A stretch of DNA of 55,703 bases, taken from assembly GCA_964412615.1 (NCBI GenBank), contig CAYPPK010000005.1, forward strand, positions 1 to 55,703. Reading direction: 5' to 3'. The position numbers and the translations under genes are program-made. How positions within the stretch are numbered: the first letter of the stretch is position 1; each line of letters begins with the position of its first letter. Of this stretch, positions 40,286-48,617 are shown piece after piece. This stretch comes from an uncultured Candidatus Saccharibacteria bacterium. Lineage in GTDB: Bacteria > Patescibacteriota > Minisyncoccia > Sungbacterales > HO2-52-23. The notes under the pieces were generated by a model, which was not told the DNA's origin, searched no databases, and saw only the letters and a list, made by a program, of their open reading frames with translations.

Positions 40286-42064
40286 GTGAACTTTATTATC
40301 ACTCAATTAAAGCAAATTTTTCCTGACCGAGATTTCCGCAAGCTTTTCCGGAATTGGAAATTGCTTTCTCCAAGAAAAATACTTTACTTCCCGCATATAT
40401 TTTCCCAAGGCGAAAAGAGATTTTTGCTTCTTTTTTTGGCAATTGCCGTTTTATCGGGGAGCGCCTTTTGGCTGCGCCTCTATGTTGCCAATACTTCCAT
40501 TGCCCCCCAGGTTGGGAAAACCTATACCGAAGGAATGCTGCGCGAACCCAGGAATATCAATCCTATTTACGCCACTACTGACGGAGACCGCGATCTGGCC
40601 CGGCTTATTTTTTCCCGACTTTTTACTTATTCCGGAACCGGCGCCTTCGAGCCGGACGCCGCCGAAAGTTATGAAATAAGTCCGGACGGAAAAATTTATA
40701 CCGTAAAACTTAAAAATAATGTCTATTGGCATGATGGCAGACAACTTACCGCCGACGATGTCATTTTTACCGCGAAAACAATTCAAAATCCTTTATACAA
40801 AAGTCCGTTGCGAGCCAATTGGCAGGGAGTAACGGTTGATAAAATCGACACCCATACAATTAAATTTACGCTTAGGTCACCTTATGCCCCGTTTATTGAA
40901 AATCTAACTTTCGGAATCCTGCCCAAACATTTGTGGGAAAGCGTCAGCCCGGAACAGGCCTTATTGCACGAGCTAAATTTAAAACCGATTGGATCCGGCC
41001 CGTATAAATTCAGCAATTTGCGTCAAGCAAAAGACGGGTCCATTACCAGCTATGAAGTGCGTCTGAATTCTAATTATTATGGAGTAGGCCCGTGGCTTAA
41101 AAAAATTAATTTTGTGTTTTTTAAAAGCGAAGATGAAATGTTGGCTGCTTGGCAGAAAGAAAGGATTGATGGTTTTGGCCCTTTCCCTGCTAACCGAGCC
41201 CGGGAGTTAGCACGCGAAACCGTTAATATTTCGCCCATAACCATGCCCCGCCTTTTCGGCCTATTTTTCAATGGAAAAAACAATTCTATCTTGGCCGACA
41301 AAAAAATCAGGCAGGCCATCGCTCACGGTATAGATAAAAAGGAGATAGCCACTAACGTTATTTCTAGCGGTGCCATACCTGCCAGTTCTATGCTTCCCCT
41401 AGGAAGTTCCGGATACACCAGCGAAATAACTACTTACGCTTATGATCCTGGCCAGAGCAAAACCTTGTTGGAGAGTGCCGGCTGGAAGGATTCAGATGGA
41501 GATGGTATACGGGAAAAAAGCGTGAAAAAGGGAAACAAAACAGAAATTACTCCTCTTTCTTTTACCCTTACTACCTCTGATTGGCCTGATTTGTTAAAAA
41601 CCGCAGTGGCGGTGCAGACAGCTTTGCGGGAAATAGGCATAGAGGTACTAATTCAAAAATATCCATTATCTGAACTGGAATCAGCCGTAATCCGTCCACG
41701 TAATTTTGAAGTGCTTCTTTTTGGTCAGGTATATGGGTATGAGCCAGACCCGTTTGCTTTTTGGCATTCTTCTCAAATTAAAGACCCCGGATTAAATATC
41801 GCTCTCTACGCCAGTAAAAAAGCAGACCAGCTTTTGGAACAAGCGCGACAAATATCAGACTTAAAATCACGCGAAGCAAAATATGCAGAATTGCAAAAAT
41901 TGATCGCCGATGACCTCCCGGCCATATTTTTATATTCCCAACTCTATTTATATGCTTTGCCCAATAGCATAAAGAGTCCTGAAATATCCGTGATTTCTTT
42001 GCCCGCTGATCGTTTCAATGAAATTAACAAATGGTTCATAGAAACTCGCCGAGTTTTCCGGTAG
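40286..42064 (+). CDS. ABC-transporter family-5 (peptide/nickel type) substrate-binding protein, membrane anchored
   Basis: At about 590 aa it has an N-terminal TM anchor, and segments such as YTVKLKNNVYWHDG and GPYKF are typical of SBP_bac_5. No permease or ATPase gene is adjacent. Confidence 0.75.
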   Translation: MNFIITQLKQIFPDRDFRKLFRNWKLLSPRKILYFPHIFSQGEKRFLLLFLAIAVLSGSAFWLRLYVANTSIAPQVGKTYTEGMLREPRNINPIYATTDGDRDLARLIFSRLFTYSGTGAFEPDAAESYEISPDGKIYTVKLKNNVYWHDGRQLTADDVIFTAKTIQNPLYKSPLRANWQGVTVDKIDTHTIKFTLRSPYAPFIENLTFGILPKHLWESVSPEQALLHELNLKPIGSGPYKFSNLRQAKDGSITSYEVRLNSNYYGVGPWLKKINFVFFKSEDEMLAAWQKERIDGFGPFPANRARELARETVNISPITMPRLFGLFFNGKNNSILADKKIRQAIAHGIDKKEIATNVISSGAIPASSMLPLGSSGYTSEITTYAYDPGQSKTLLESAGWKDSDGDGIREKSVKKGNKTEITPLSFTLTTSDWPDLLKTAVAVQTALREIGIEVLIQKYPLSELESAVIRPRNFEVLLFGQVYGYEPDPFAFWHSSQIKDPGLNIALYASKKADQLLEQARQISDLKSREAKYAELQKLIADDLPAIFLYSQLYLYALPNSIKSPEISVISLPADRFNEINKWFIETRRVFR

Positions 42065-42152
42065 TTTGCATAATTTCTGTCTTCATGGTATAGTTATCAT
42101 ACCTTATTATCCTCCAGTAAAAACGCATTTTTTTGCGTCCAGTATAATGTTT

Positions 42153-42236
42153 GCCCCCCTGGCGGAACTGGCAGACGCGCTAGCTTCAGGAGCTAGTGAG
42201 AGAAATCTCGTAGAGGTTCAAATCCTCTGGGGGGCA
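42153..42236 (+). tRNA. tRNA-Leu (anticodon CAG)
   Basis: The cloverleaf was folded by hand: acceptor GCCCCCC/GGGGGGC, anticodon stem CTAGC/GCTAG, loop TTCAGGA, long variable arm, T-loop GGTTCAAATCC. No CCA is encoded. Confidence 0.9.
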
Positions 42237-42341
42237 TAGCTAATATTTAGCCCTATTTATTAACTTAAGACGGATTATTTTGCCGTTTATCTCTTTGAGA
42301 TTTAGGCCCTATTTTATTCGTCAAATCAAAACATAAATAAA

Positions 42342-44135
42342 ATGAGAACGCAACGAACGATTGCCAGGCGCAAATTTACTCGACTGCCCGCTGGCCAAAT
42401 GCGACGCGGCTTCAGAGCAGAAAGAAAACAAGCCCCGCCAGAAATAAAATTTACCAGCCACGGCGAAAAGGGTTTGCTTAAATTTCTGCCTTTAGGCGGA
42501 TGCGGCGAAGTAACTCGCAGCATGTATGTCTACGAGTATGAAGACGATATAGTCATAGTTGATATGGGGCTGCAATGGCCGGATGAAGACATGCCCGGAA
42601 TTGATTACATTATTCCTAATATTGAATATCTTCGCCCCAAAAGCAAAAACATCCGCGGCATCATCATAACCCACGGACATTATGACCATATCGGTGCCAT
42701 ACCGCATCTTCTGCCGGCATTAGGAAATCCGCCTATTTATACCACCGCGCTTACGCGGGGCATAATTCTCAAGCGACAAGAGGACTTTAAGGGTGCTATC
42801 TCGCCCAAGATTGAAGTAATAACTACCGAATCAAAACTTACCCTAGGATCTTTAAAGATAGAATTTTTCCATGTCAATCACAATATTCCGGATAGCGTGG
42901 GTGTAGTACTAAAAACTCCGGTGGGCACGGTTGTCCATACTGGAGATTTCAAGCTTGACCATACGCCAGTAAACGAGCGGCCGGCCGATATTGCGCGCTT
43001 GAAAGAAATCAGCCAGGATGGCGTGCTGTTACTGGTTGCCGACAGCACCAATGCTTGGGTTTCCGGACGCCAAATATCGGAAAGCGACGTGCAGCGCGCT
43101 TTGGAAGAAATATTTAAAGTAGCTAAAGGGCGGATTATTGCCGCAACTTTTTCTTCCCTGCTGACCCGTATCCAGCAATTGGTTTGGCTTTCGGAAAAGT
43201 ATGACCGCAAGGTGGCCATTGAGGGCTATAGCATGAAGCAAAACACTGCTATCGCGCGTGAATTGGGCTATCTTAAAGTCCAGAAAAATACTCTTATTGA
43301 TGCCAAAGAAATCCATAAGTACCCGGAAAATAAAATCACTATTGCCTGCACCGGCGCTCAAGGCGAAGATCGCGCCGTTCTCATGCGCATCGCCAACCAC
43401 GAGCATAAAAATATTTTTCTGAATCCGACCGACTCGGTTATCTTTTCTTCTTCGGCCGTGCCCGGGAACGAAAATACCGTTCAGCGAGTGAAAGATCTGC
43501 TTTATAAGAAAGCCGGCAAAATTTATCACTACCAAAACATGGACATCCATGCGGGAGGACATGCACGAGCAGACGAGATACGAGACCTGGTGGATATCAT
43601 GAGGCCGAAATATTTTATTCCCATGCACGGCAATTACTTTATGCTCCGCGAAAACGTGGATATTGCCATTGAACGGGGTGTTGTAAAAAACAACGCCCTG
43701 GTGGTGGAGGACGGAGAGATTGCCGCCATTACCGCGCAGGAAATTAAAAAAATGAAGGAAAAAGCCCCGATGGATTACGTGATGGTAGACGGCTTAGGCA
43801 TAGGCGATGTAAAAGAAGTGGTTATCCGTGATCGCCAGCACCTGGCAGAAGACGGAATTTTTGTTATTATAACCATAGTAGATTCCAAAACCGGTAAAGT
43901 AAGAACCAGTCCGGATATTATTTCGCGCGGCTTTATATATTTGAAAGAATCGCAGGACCTGCTCAAAGAAGTGCGCCATCGCACCCGCCATATTGTGGAG
44001 GAGATAACCGTAGCCGAGGCACATCCCATTAACTGGGCGCATATTAAAGACAATTTGCGCGAAAAAATAGGCCAGTATTTGTTCAGCAAGACTCAAAGAA
44101 GGCCCATGGTATTGCCGGTGGTAATAGAAGTTTAA
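42342..44135 (+). CDS. rnj: ribonuclease J
   Basis: It has the metallo-beta-lactamase motif HGHYDHIG, a beta-CASP domain and an RNase J C-terminal domain. It has a basic N-terminal extension of about 45 aa, so the true start is uncertain. Confidence 0.9.
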   Translation: MRTQRTIARRKFTRLPAGQMRRGFRAERKQAPPEIKFTSHGEKGLLKFLPLGGCGEVTRSMYVYEYEDDIVIVDMGLQWPDEDMPGIDYIIPNIEYLRPKSKNIRGIIITHGHYDHIGAIPHLLPALGNPPIYTTALTRGIILKRQEDFKGAISPKIEVITTESKLTLGSLKIEFFHVNHNIPDSVGVVLKTPVGTVVHTGDFKLDHTPVNERPADIARLKEISQDGVLLLVADSTNAWVSGRQISESDVQRALEEIFKVAKGRIIAATFSSLLTRIQQLVWLSEKYDRKVAIEGYSMKQNTAIARELGYLKVQKNTLIDAKEIHKYPENKITIACTGAQGEDRAVLMRIANHEHKNIFLNPTDSVIFSSSAVPGNENTVQRVKDLLYKKAGKIYHYQNMDIHAGGHARADEIRDLVDIMRPKYFIPMHGNYFMLRENVDIAIERGVVKNNALVVEDGEIAAITAQEIKKMKEKAPMDYVMVDGLGIGDVKEVVIRDRQHLAEDGIFVIITIVDSKTGKVRTSPDIISRGFIYLKESQDLLKEVRHRTRHIVEEITVAEAHPINWAHIKDNLREKIGQYLFSKTQRRPMVLPVVIEV

Positions 44136-44136
44136 T

Positions 44137-45123
44137 ATGCCTAAGCAAATTATTTTAAGCGGCATTCGTCCTTCGGGGATAATGCATATTGGCAATTATC
44201 TCGGAGCTCTTAAGCAATGGGTGGATCTGCAGGATCGTTACCGGCTTTTTGCCATGATCGCGGACCTGCATGCCATCACCACCCCGATTGCTCCGAAAGA
44301 ATTGAGCGAAGCCACCTTGGCAACCGCCATGTTTTATATTGCCTGCGGCATTAATCCCCAAAAATCCGCCATCTTTGTGCAGTCCCAAGTTCCCGCCCAT
44401 GCCGAACTCGGCTGGATTTTAAACACCATAACGCCCATTGGCGAGTTGGAGCGCATGACGCAATTCAAGGAAAAAAAACAAACCGCAGGAACCTTGGCCG
44501 GCCTTTTGAATTACCCGGTATTGCAAGCAGCAGACGTACTCTTATACCAAACCGACGTAGTCCCGATTGGCGAGGATCAGCTGCAGCATCTTGAATTTAC
44601 TCGCGCCCTCGCGCGCAAATTCAACAATCGCTTTGGCAAGACCTTCAAAGAGCCCAGGGCCTTAGTGCAAAAAGAAACAGCCAGAATCATGGCCTTGGAT
44701 GATCCGGCCAAAAAGATGTCAAAATCCGCTGCCAATCCCAATAACTATGTAGCACTCCTGGATTCTCCTGCCGATATCCGGCGCAAAATTAAAACAGCTG
44801 TTACTGATTCCGGCAAAGAGATTCGCTATAACGAAATTGATAAACCCGCTATCTCTAATTTAATTTCAATCTACGGTTCTTTTTCCGGACTTTCATTTAA
44901 AGAAGTTGAGCAGCAATATGCCGACAAGAGTTATGCCGAATTCAAAAATGGTTTAGCCGAACTTTTAATAGAAAAACTTGAACCTATGCAAGAACGATAC
45001 CAGGAACTTTTAAAAAACAAAGGGGACGTGCTGAAAATTCTCAAAGCAGGAGCAAAAAAAGCCGCAACCGCAGCCAATAAAACTCTCGCCGATACAAAAA
45101 AGAAAGCAGGATTTGTGCTCTAA
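44137..45123 (+). CDS. trpS: tryptophan--tRNA ligase
   Basis: It has SGIRPSGIMHIGNYLGA (the HIGH region) and KMSKS, and is 328 aa. Confidence 0.95.
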   Translation: MPKQIILSGIRPSGIMHIGNYLGALKQWVDLQDRYRLFAMIADLHAITTPIAPKELSEATLATAMFYIACGINPQKSAIFVQSQVPAHAELGWILNTITPIGELERMTQFKEKKQTAGTLAGLLNYPVLQAADVLLYQTDVVPIGEDQLQHLEFTRALARKFNNRFGKTFKEPRALVQKETARIMALDDPAKKMSKSAANPNNYVALLDSPADIRRKIKTAVTDSGKEIRYNEIDKPAISNLISIYGSFSGLSFKEVEQQYADKSYAEFKNGLAELLIEKLEPMQERYQELLKNKGDVLKILKAGAKKAATAANKTLADTKKKAGFVL

Positions 45124-45128
45124 CCAGC

Positions 45129-45163
45129 AAAAAGAAAAAGCCTTTAAAAGGCTTTTTCTTTTT
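45129..45163. terminator. bidirectional terminator between trpS and ORF 45172-45768
   Basis: Perfect palindrome aaaagaaaaagcctt-taa-aaggctttttctttt. Confidence 0.75.
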
Positions 45164-45171
45164 AGATTCTT

Positions 45172-45768
45172 TTATTTTCCTCCGCTAGGACCATCTGATG
45201 GATTAAATGATTGCAGAGTGTCTTCGCCTTGATTAGTGTTTGCCTGGCCCGGATCTTCGGTTGGTTCAGAAGGATTAAATGATTGTGCGGTATCTTCTCC
45301 TTGTTTAGCAGCCGTTTCTTCTGGGGTTTGCGTTGGCGGGGCAGGAGTGGTGTCAAAGAAACTGCCCAGCCATCCGAAAAGAGCACCAAATACAAATCCT
45401 AGAGCCCACCCAGCTACTGGCCCGCCGACTGCGGTACCGACAACATTTCCGACCACTGTGCCCACAACCGCAATCGTTTGCGCCACAGTCGGAGCACGTC
45501 CTTGAGCTACATTCAAAGCAAAACCTACGGTGGTCGGCGTATTAGGAGCGTCGTTGACTGCTTCTGTTACAGAACCATAGGTTGATTCGGAAGGCGCTTC
45601 AGAACGCCCGCCAGATTCAGGACCCTCAGACGTAGGGACAGCCGGGCCTGATGTCTCCGAGTATCCCGGCTGCCCAGCTTGAGCTAAAGACACTAAGGGT
45701 GCGGCCACTACTAAGAACCCGACCAAATATATACTGATTAATTTAGCGCCCATGGAATCACTCTTCAT
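45172..45768 (-). CDS. secreted/membrane-associated glycine-zipper protein with short C-terminal repeats
   Basis: It has a signal peptide (LISIYLVGFLVVAAPLVSLAQA), a Gly-zipper segment (GTVVGNVVGTAVGGPVAGWALGFVFGALFGWLG), and a duplicated C-terminal motif QGEDT(A/L)QSFNPS. Confidence 0.6.
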   Translation of the reverse strand: MKSDSMGAKLISIYLVGFLVVAAPLVSLAQAGQPGYSETSGPAVPTSEGPESGGRSEAPSESTYGSVTEAVNDAPNTPTTVGFALNVAQGRAPTVAQTIAVVGTVVGNVVGTAVGGPVAGWALGFVFGALFGWLGSFFDTTPAPPTQTPEETAAKQGEDTAQSFNPSEPTEDPGQANTNQGEDTLQSFNPSDGPSGGK

Positions 45769-45943
45769 AGGGATTTTTTTTTGGTTCTGAGCTTAAGAGC
45801 GTCATCCTTTTAATAGGTTTCCCGCCTGCGCCGCCTTTCGGTGGTTGGATAAAAAATTTGGAAAATAAAATCCTCAATAAGGACACAAAAGCCGACCCCA
45901 GAGCGGAGTAGATTAGTATGAGCACAGCCGAAGATATATCCAT
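45758..45943 (-). CDS. possible small membrane protein (61 aa)
   Basis: It has a hydrophobic N-terminus (SSAVLILIYSALGSAFVSLLRILF) and overlaps the next ORF by 11 nt. There is little else to support it. Confidence 0.35.
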   Translation of the reverse strand: MDISSAVLILIYSALGSAFVSLLRILFSKFFIQPPKGGAGGKPIKRMTLLSSEPKKNPYEE

Positions 45944-45993
45944 AAATTTATGGTAGGCGTTATCTCTCTTCTAAACAACCTCCTTTATCCACA

Positions 45994-46581
45994 TCATAGA
46001 TAAAATCTCCATAACTTATTTCCCCATTTCCCGGCATAATTCACCCCGATTCGTTTGCCCTGTTGGATTGCGCTTGCTGGAACTCGAACTTTCCGATCCT
46101 CTATCCAGAGACCAGCTTTTTTATTGGCTGACCGGGCGTTGAGATTCCTATCAATTTCCAATTTTTTACATACTCTTCCCGGACCCTTAGTTTCAAACAT
46201 TCCAACATTCTGCAGAATGTTGGAATGTTTTGCCGACATGGCAACCGAGCGGATAAGCACGGCGGCTGGATACCCTTCTTTTTCGGTAACAATATTCAGG
46301 CAGCAATGCATTCCATACACCAAATAGACATACCAGTATCCGGATTTGCCAAACATAACCTCGGTTCGCGGAGTTTTGCCGCGGGCCGCCCGAGGCGAGC
46401 CCCGCCAAAGGCGGGAAGCATGCGAGGCCTTATCCTCCGGCCCGATATACGCTTCAACTTCCGTAATCATGCCTGAAATTATTTTCTGGCCGACTTTCCG
46501 AACCAAAAATTTACCCAATAAATCATGGGCCACCTGAAGGGTTGGGCGATTGAAAAAATTTTGCGAAAGAATTTTAGCCAA
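45994..46581 (-). CDS. DNA-3-methyladenine glycosylase (Mpg/AAG family)
   Basis: FFNRPTLQVAHDLLGKFLV...ITEVEAYIGPEDKASHA...YVYLVYGMHCCLN is typical of the Mpg family. Confidence 0.85.
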   Translation of the reverse strand: MAKILSQNFFNRPTLQVAHDLLGKFLVRKVGQKIISGMITEVEAYIGPEDKASHASRLWRGSPRAARGKTPRTEVMFGKSGYWYVYLVYGMHCCLNIVTEKEGYPAAVLIRSVAMSAKHSNILQNVGMFETKGPGRVCKKLEIDRNLNARSANKKAGLWIEDRKVRVPASAIQQGKRIGVNYAGKWGNKLWRFYL

Positions 46582-47730
46582 CTATGCTTTTATTGCTTGG
46601 GAAACGGTTTTTACCAGGCGCCGATCAAACATTCCCGGAACTATGCTTTGGGGGCCGGGATGGACCACCAACCCGGCGATGGCATGTGCGGCTTTTCTTT
46701 TCATTTTATCTGTAATTTGCCTTACTTGGTTATCTAGAGCTCCCCGAAAAACTCCGGGGAAAACTTGGGAATTATTCAATTGGTTCGGGAAATCGCTTCT
46801 TCCGGTTGCCGCAACCTTGGCGCCTGCTTTAAGAGCAACATCCGGCATAATTTCCGGCAGAGGATTGGCGAGGGCAAAAACAATAGCGTCTTTGGACATC
46901 TGGCGAATCATTTTTTCAGAAACCAAATTGGGGCCGGAGACGCCAATAAAGACATCGGCTCCTTTCAGGGCGTCTTCCAAATTTCCTTTTTTCTTTCCCC
47001 GATTGGTGATTTTTGCCAAAAGCCTTTTCTCTTGTTTTAGCCCCGGCCTGCCTTTATAAATAATTCCCTCTCGGTCGGTTACCAAGATATTTTTCCCTCC
47101 CTCCTGCAAAATTATTTTTACAATAGCCGTCCCGGCCGCGCCTGCTCCGCTGATTGCAATTTTTACTTTAGAAATGTTTTTTCTTACGACTTTTAGGGAA
47201 TTTAATAATCCGGCCAGGACAATAATGGCAGTTCCATGCTGGTCATCGTGCATAACCGGTATGGCAAGCTCTTTTTTGAGCCGTTCTTCAATTTCAAAAC
47301 AGCGGGGGGCTGAAATATCTTCCAGATTTATTCCCCCGAATCCCGGAGCGATGGCTTTTACTATTTTGATAATTTCCTCGCTGTCTTGGGTGGCCAGCAC
47401 CAGAGGAACAGCGTCTATATCGGCGAATTTTTTAAACAAAAGGCACTTCCCCTCCATGACCGGCAAGGCGCCTTCGGGTCCGATATTTCCTAGTCCCAGT
47501 ACTGCCGATCCGTCCGAAACCACCGCCACGCTGTTTCCTTTCATGGTATATTCTCTTGTTTGGCTTTTATTTTTGGCCAAAAAAGAGCTTACTGCTCCAA
47601 CTCCGGGCGTATAAATCAGACTTAAATCTTGCATATTCCGGACGGGAACTTTGCTCGCAATGGAAAATTTTCCCCTTGCTTTTTTGTGCAAAACCAAAGC
47701 CCTGTCCCCCACTGATATTTTTTTTGTCAT
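46582..47730 (-). CDS. NAD(P)-dependent malic enzyme (short form)
   Basis: It has LSLIYTPGVG, VVSDGSAVLGLGNIG, FGGINLEDI and GAGAAG. The start is set at MTKKISV (47730) because the annotated extension overlaps tRNA-Glu. Confidence 0.88.
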   Translation of the reverse strand: MTKKISVGDRALVLHKKARGKFSIASKVPVRNMQDLSLIYTPGVGAVSSFLAKNKSQTREYTMKGNSVAVVSDGSAVLGLGNIGPEGALPVMEGKCLLFKKFADIDAVPLVLATQDSEEIIKIVKAIAPGFGGINLEDISAPRCFEIEERLKKELAIPVMHDDQHGTAIIVLAGLLNSLKVVRKNISKVKIAISGAGAAGTAIVKIILQEGGKNILVTDREGIIYKGRPGLKQEKRLLAKITNRGKKKGNLEDALKGADVFIGVSGPNLVSEKMIRQMSKDAIVFALANPLPEIMPDVALKAGAKVAATGRSDFPNQLNNSQVFPGVFRGALDNQVRQITDKMKRKAAHAIAGLVVHPGPQSIVPGMFDRRLVKTVSQAIKA

Positions 47731-47759
47731 AAGGTTATTACCCGCCCAAGTTTTGTCCA

Positions 47760-47832
47760 CGCTCCCACCGGGATTCGAACCCGGGTTACTGGAATGAGAA
47801 TCCAGCGTCCTAGGCCTCTAGACGATAGGAGC
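47760..47832 (-). tRNA. tRNA-Glu (anticodon CUC)
   Basis: The minus strand reads GCTCCTATCGTCTAGAGGCCTAGGACGCTGGATTCTCATTCCAGTAACCCGGGTTCGAATCCCGGTGGGAGCG. It has a Glu-type D-arm and anticodon loop TTCTCAT. Confidence 0.88.
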
Positions 47833-47946
47833 ATTTGTGGACAAAATTTGGGTGGGACGATAGGGCCTAACCAGGGAATTATAGCAACATAAGATATGTC
47901 TTGACAATTATCAAATTGGCGTTGCTATTGCTTTTTTCAAAAAAAA

Positions 47947-47969
47947 TGATATAATTAATAGTAAGGAGG
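47947..47969 (+). promoter_or_regulatory. extended -10 promoter and strong SD of the GC-islet ORF
   Basis: TGaTATAAT at 47947-47955 and AAGGAGG at 47963-47969, 5 nt before the ATG at 47975. Confidence 0.55.
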
Positions 47970-47974
47970 ATGCC

Positions 47975-48277
47975 ATGAACATCATGATCGTGGTCCTGCT
48001 CCTGGGTCTCTCCGTCGCCGTCGGCGGATGCATCGGCGGCGATTACGTCCTCTACCAGGCCGGAAAGCAGTTGTTCCGGCCGGGGTACGAACCCTATTTC
48101 GTTTATCCGCCAGGAGGCGGGGAACCGTACATAGCAATGGACTGCCGTCTCCCCGGTGCTTTTGACCGGGCGCGGCAGAAGGCACTCCCGGTTCGGAAAG
48201 AAACCGGGAGGTGGCCCGAGGTTCGGTGCCTTCCCGGCACCGAACCGGCAACCGTCAACCCGGGGAGCGCGAAGTAG
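47975..48277 (+). CDS. putative small lipoprotein encoded in a GC-rich islet (100 aa)
   Basis: It has a signal peptide with lipobox-like LSVAVGG|C and GC-biased third codon positions. Its 3' part is occupied by strong hairpins, so the true length and coding status are uncertain. Confidence 0.45.
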   Translation: MNIMIVVLLLGLSVAVGGCIGGDYVLYQAGKQLFRPGYEPYFVYPPGGGEPYIAMDCRLPGAFDRARQKALPVRKETGRWPEVRCLPGTEPATVNPGSAK

Positions 48278-48306
48278 CCCATGTGCTACCCGCGCTCCCC
48301 CAACCC

Positions 48307-48340
48307 GCAGCCCTTCCGAAAGGAGGGGCTGCAAAAATTT
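48307..48340 (+). terminator. GC hairpin with GAAA tetraloop at the end of the GC islet
   Basis: gcagcccttcc-gaaa-ggaggggctgc (11 bp including one G-U pair) is followed by AAAAATTTTT. Confidence 0.5.
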
Positions 48341-48343
48341 TTA

Positions 48344-48370
48344 TAAACAAAAGGCTGCTCGGCGAGCAGC
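48344..48370 (-). terminator. intrinsic terminator after ORF 48370-48609 (end of the dcw transcription unit)
   Basis: gctgctc-ggc-gagcagc is followed on the minus strand by CTTTTGTTT. Confidence 0.65.
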
Positions 48371-48609
48371 TATGCACTGGATAAAATTGCCAATTTTTCT
48401 CTCCTCTGTTCTATGTATGTTTTTGCGGACAGGGTCTCCTCAAAATCAGTAACTTTCCATTCACAGGTTTTACGCCATCTCTCTGTGCCGCTGGGATTGC
48501 TGCCATCGTAAACGTATTCTATCCCCCAGAATTCATCGTCGTATCTTTCGTAATAATATTTAAGTCCCAATTTTATCTCCTTTGGATCTATCTTTATCTT
48601 ATGCTTCAA
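48370..48609 (-). CDS. hypothetical protein (79 aa) appended to the dcw cluster
   Basis: The ORF has a TTG start 8 nt after the murF stop and is followed by a terminator. I do not recognise a family. Confidence 0.45.
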   Translation of the reverse strand: MKHKIKIDPKEIKLGLKYYYERYDDEFWGIEYVYDGSNPSGTERWRKTCEWKVTDFEETLSAKTYIEQRREKLAILSSA

Positions 48610-48617
48610 CTTTGACT

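Noticed and set aside
42143-42148. A TATAAT box 4 nt upstream of tRNA-Leu as its promoter
   Set aside because: No acceptable -35 element is present at 16-18 nt, and the spacing to the mature 5' end is too short to be confident. It was left unannotated.
47731-47760. N-terminal extension (MDKTWAGNNL) of the malic-enzyme ORF
   Set aside because: The extension occupies the trailer arm directly abutting tRNA-Glu and shares its discriminator base. The conserved protein begins at MTKKISV, so the start was moved to 47730.
47879-48334. 151-aa and 89-aa minus-strand ORFs and the 98-aa plus-strand ORF (48156-48452) in the GC islet
   Set aside because: Long open frames in several phases are expected in GC-rich DNA because stop codons are rare. 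Only the 47975 frame has a promoter, an SD and a signal peptide.
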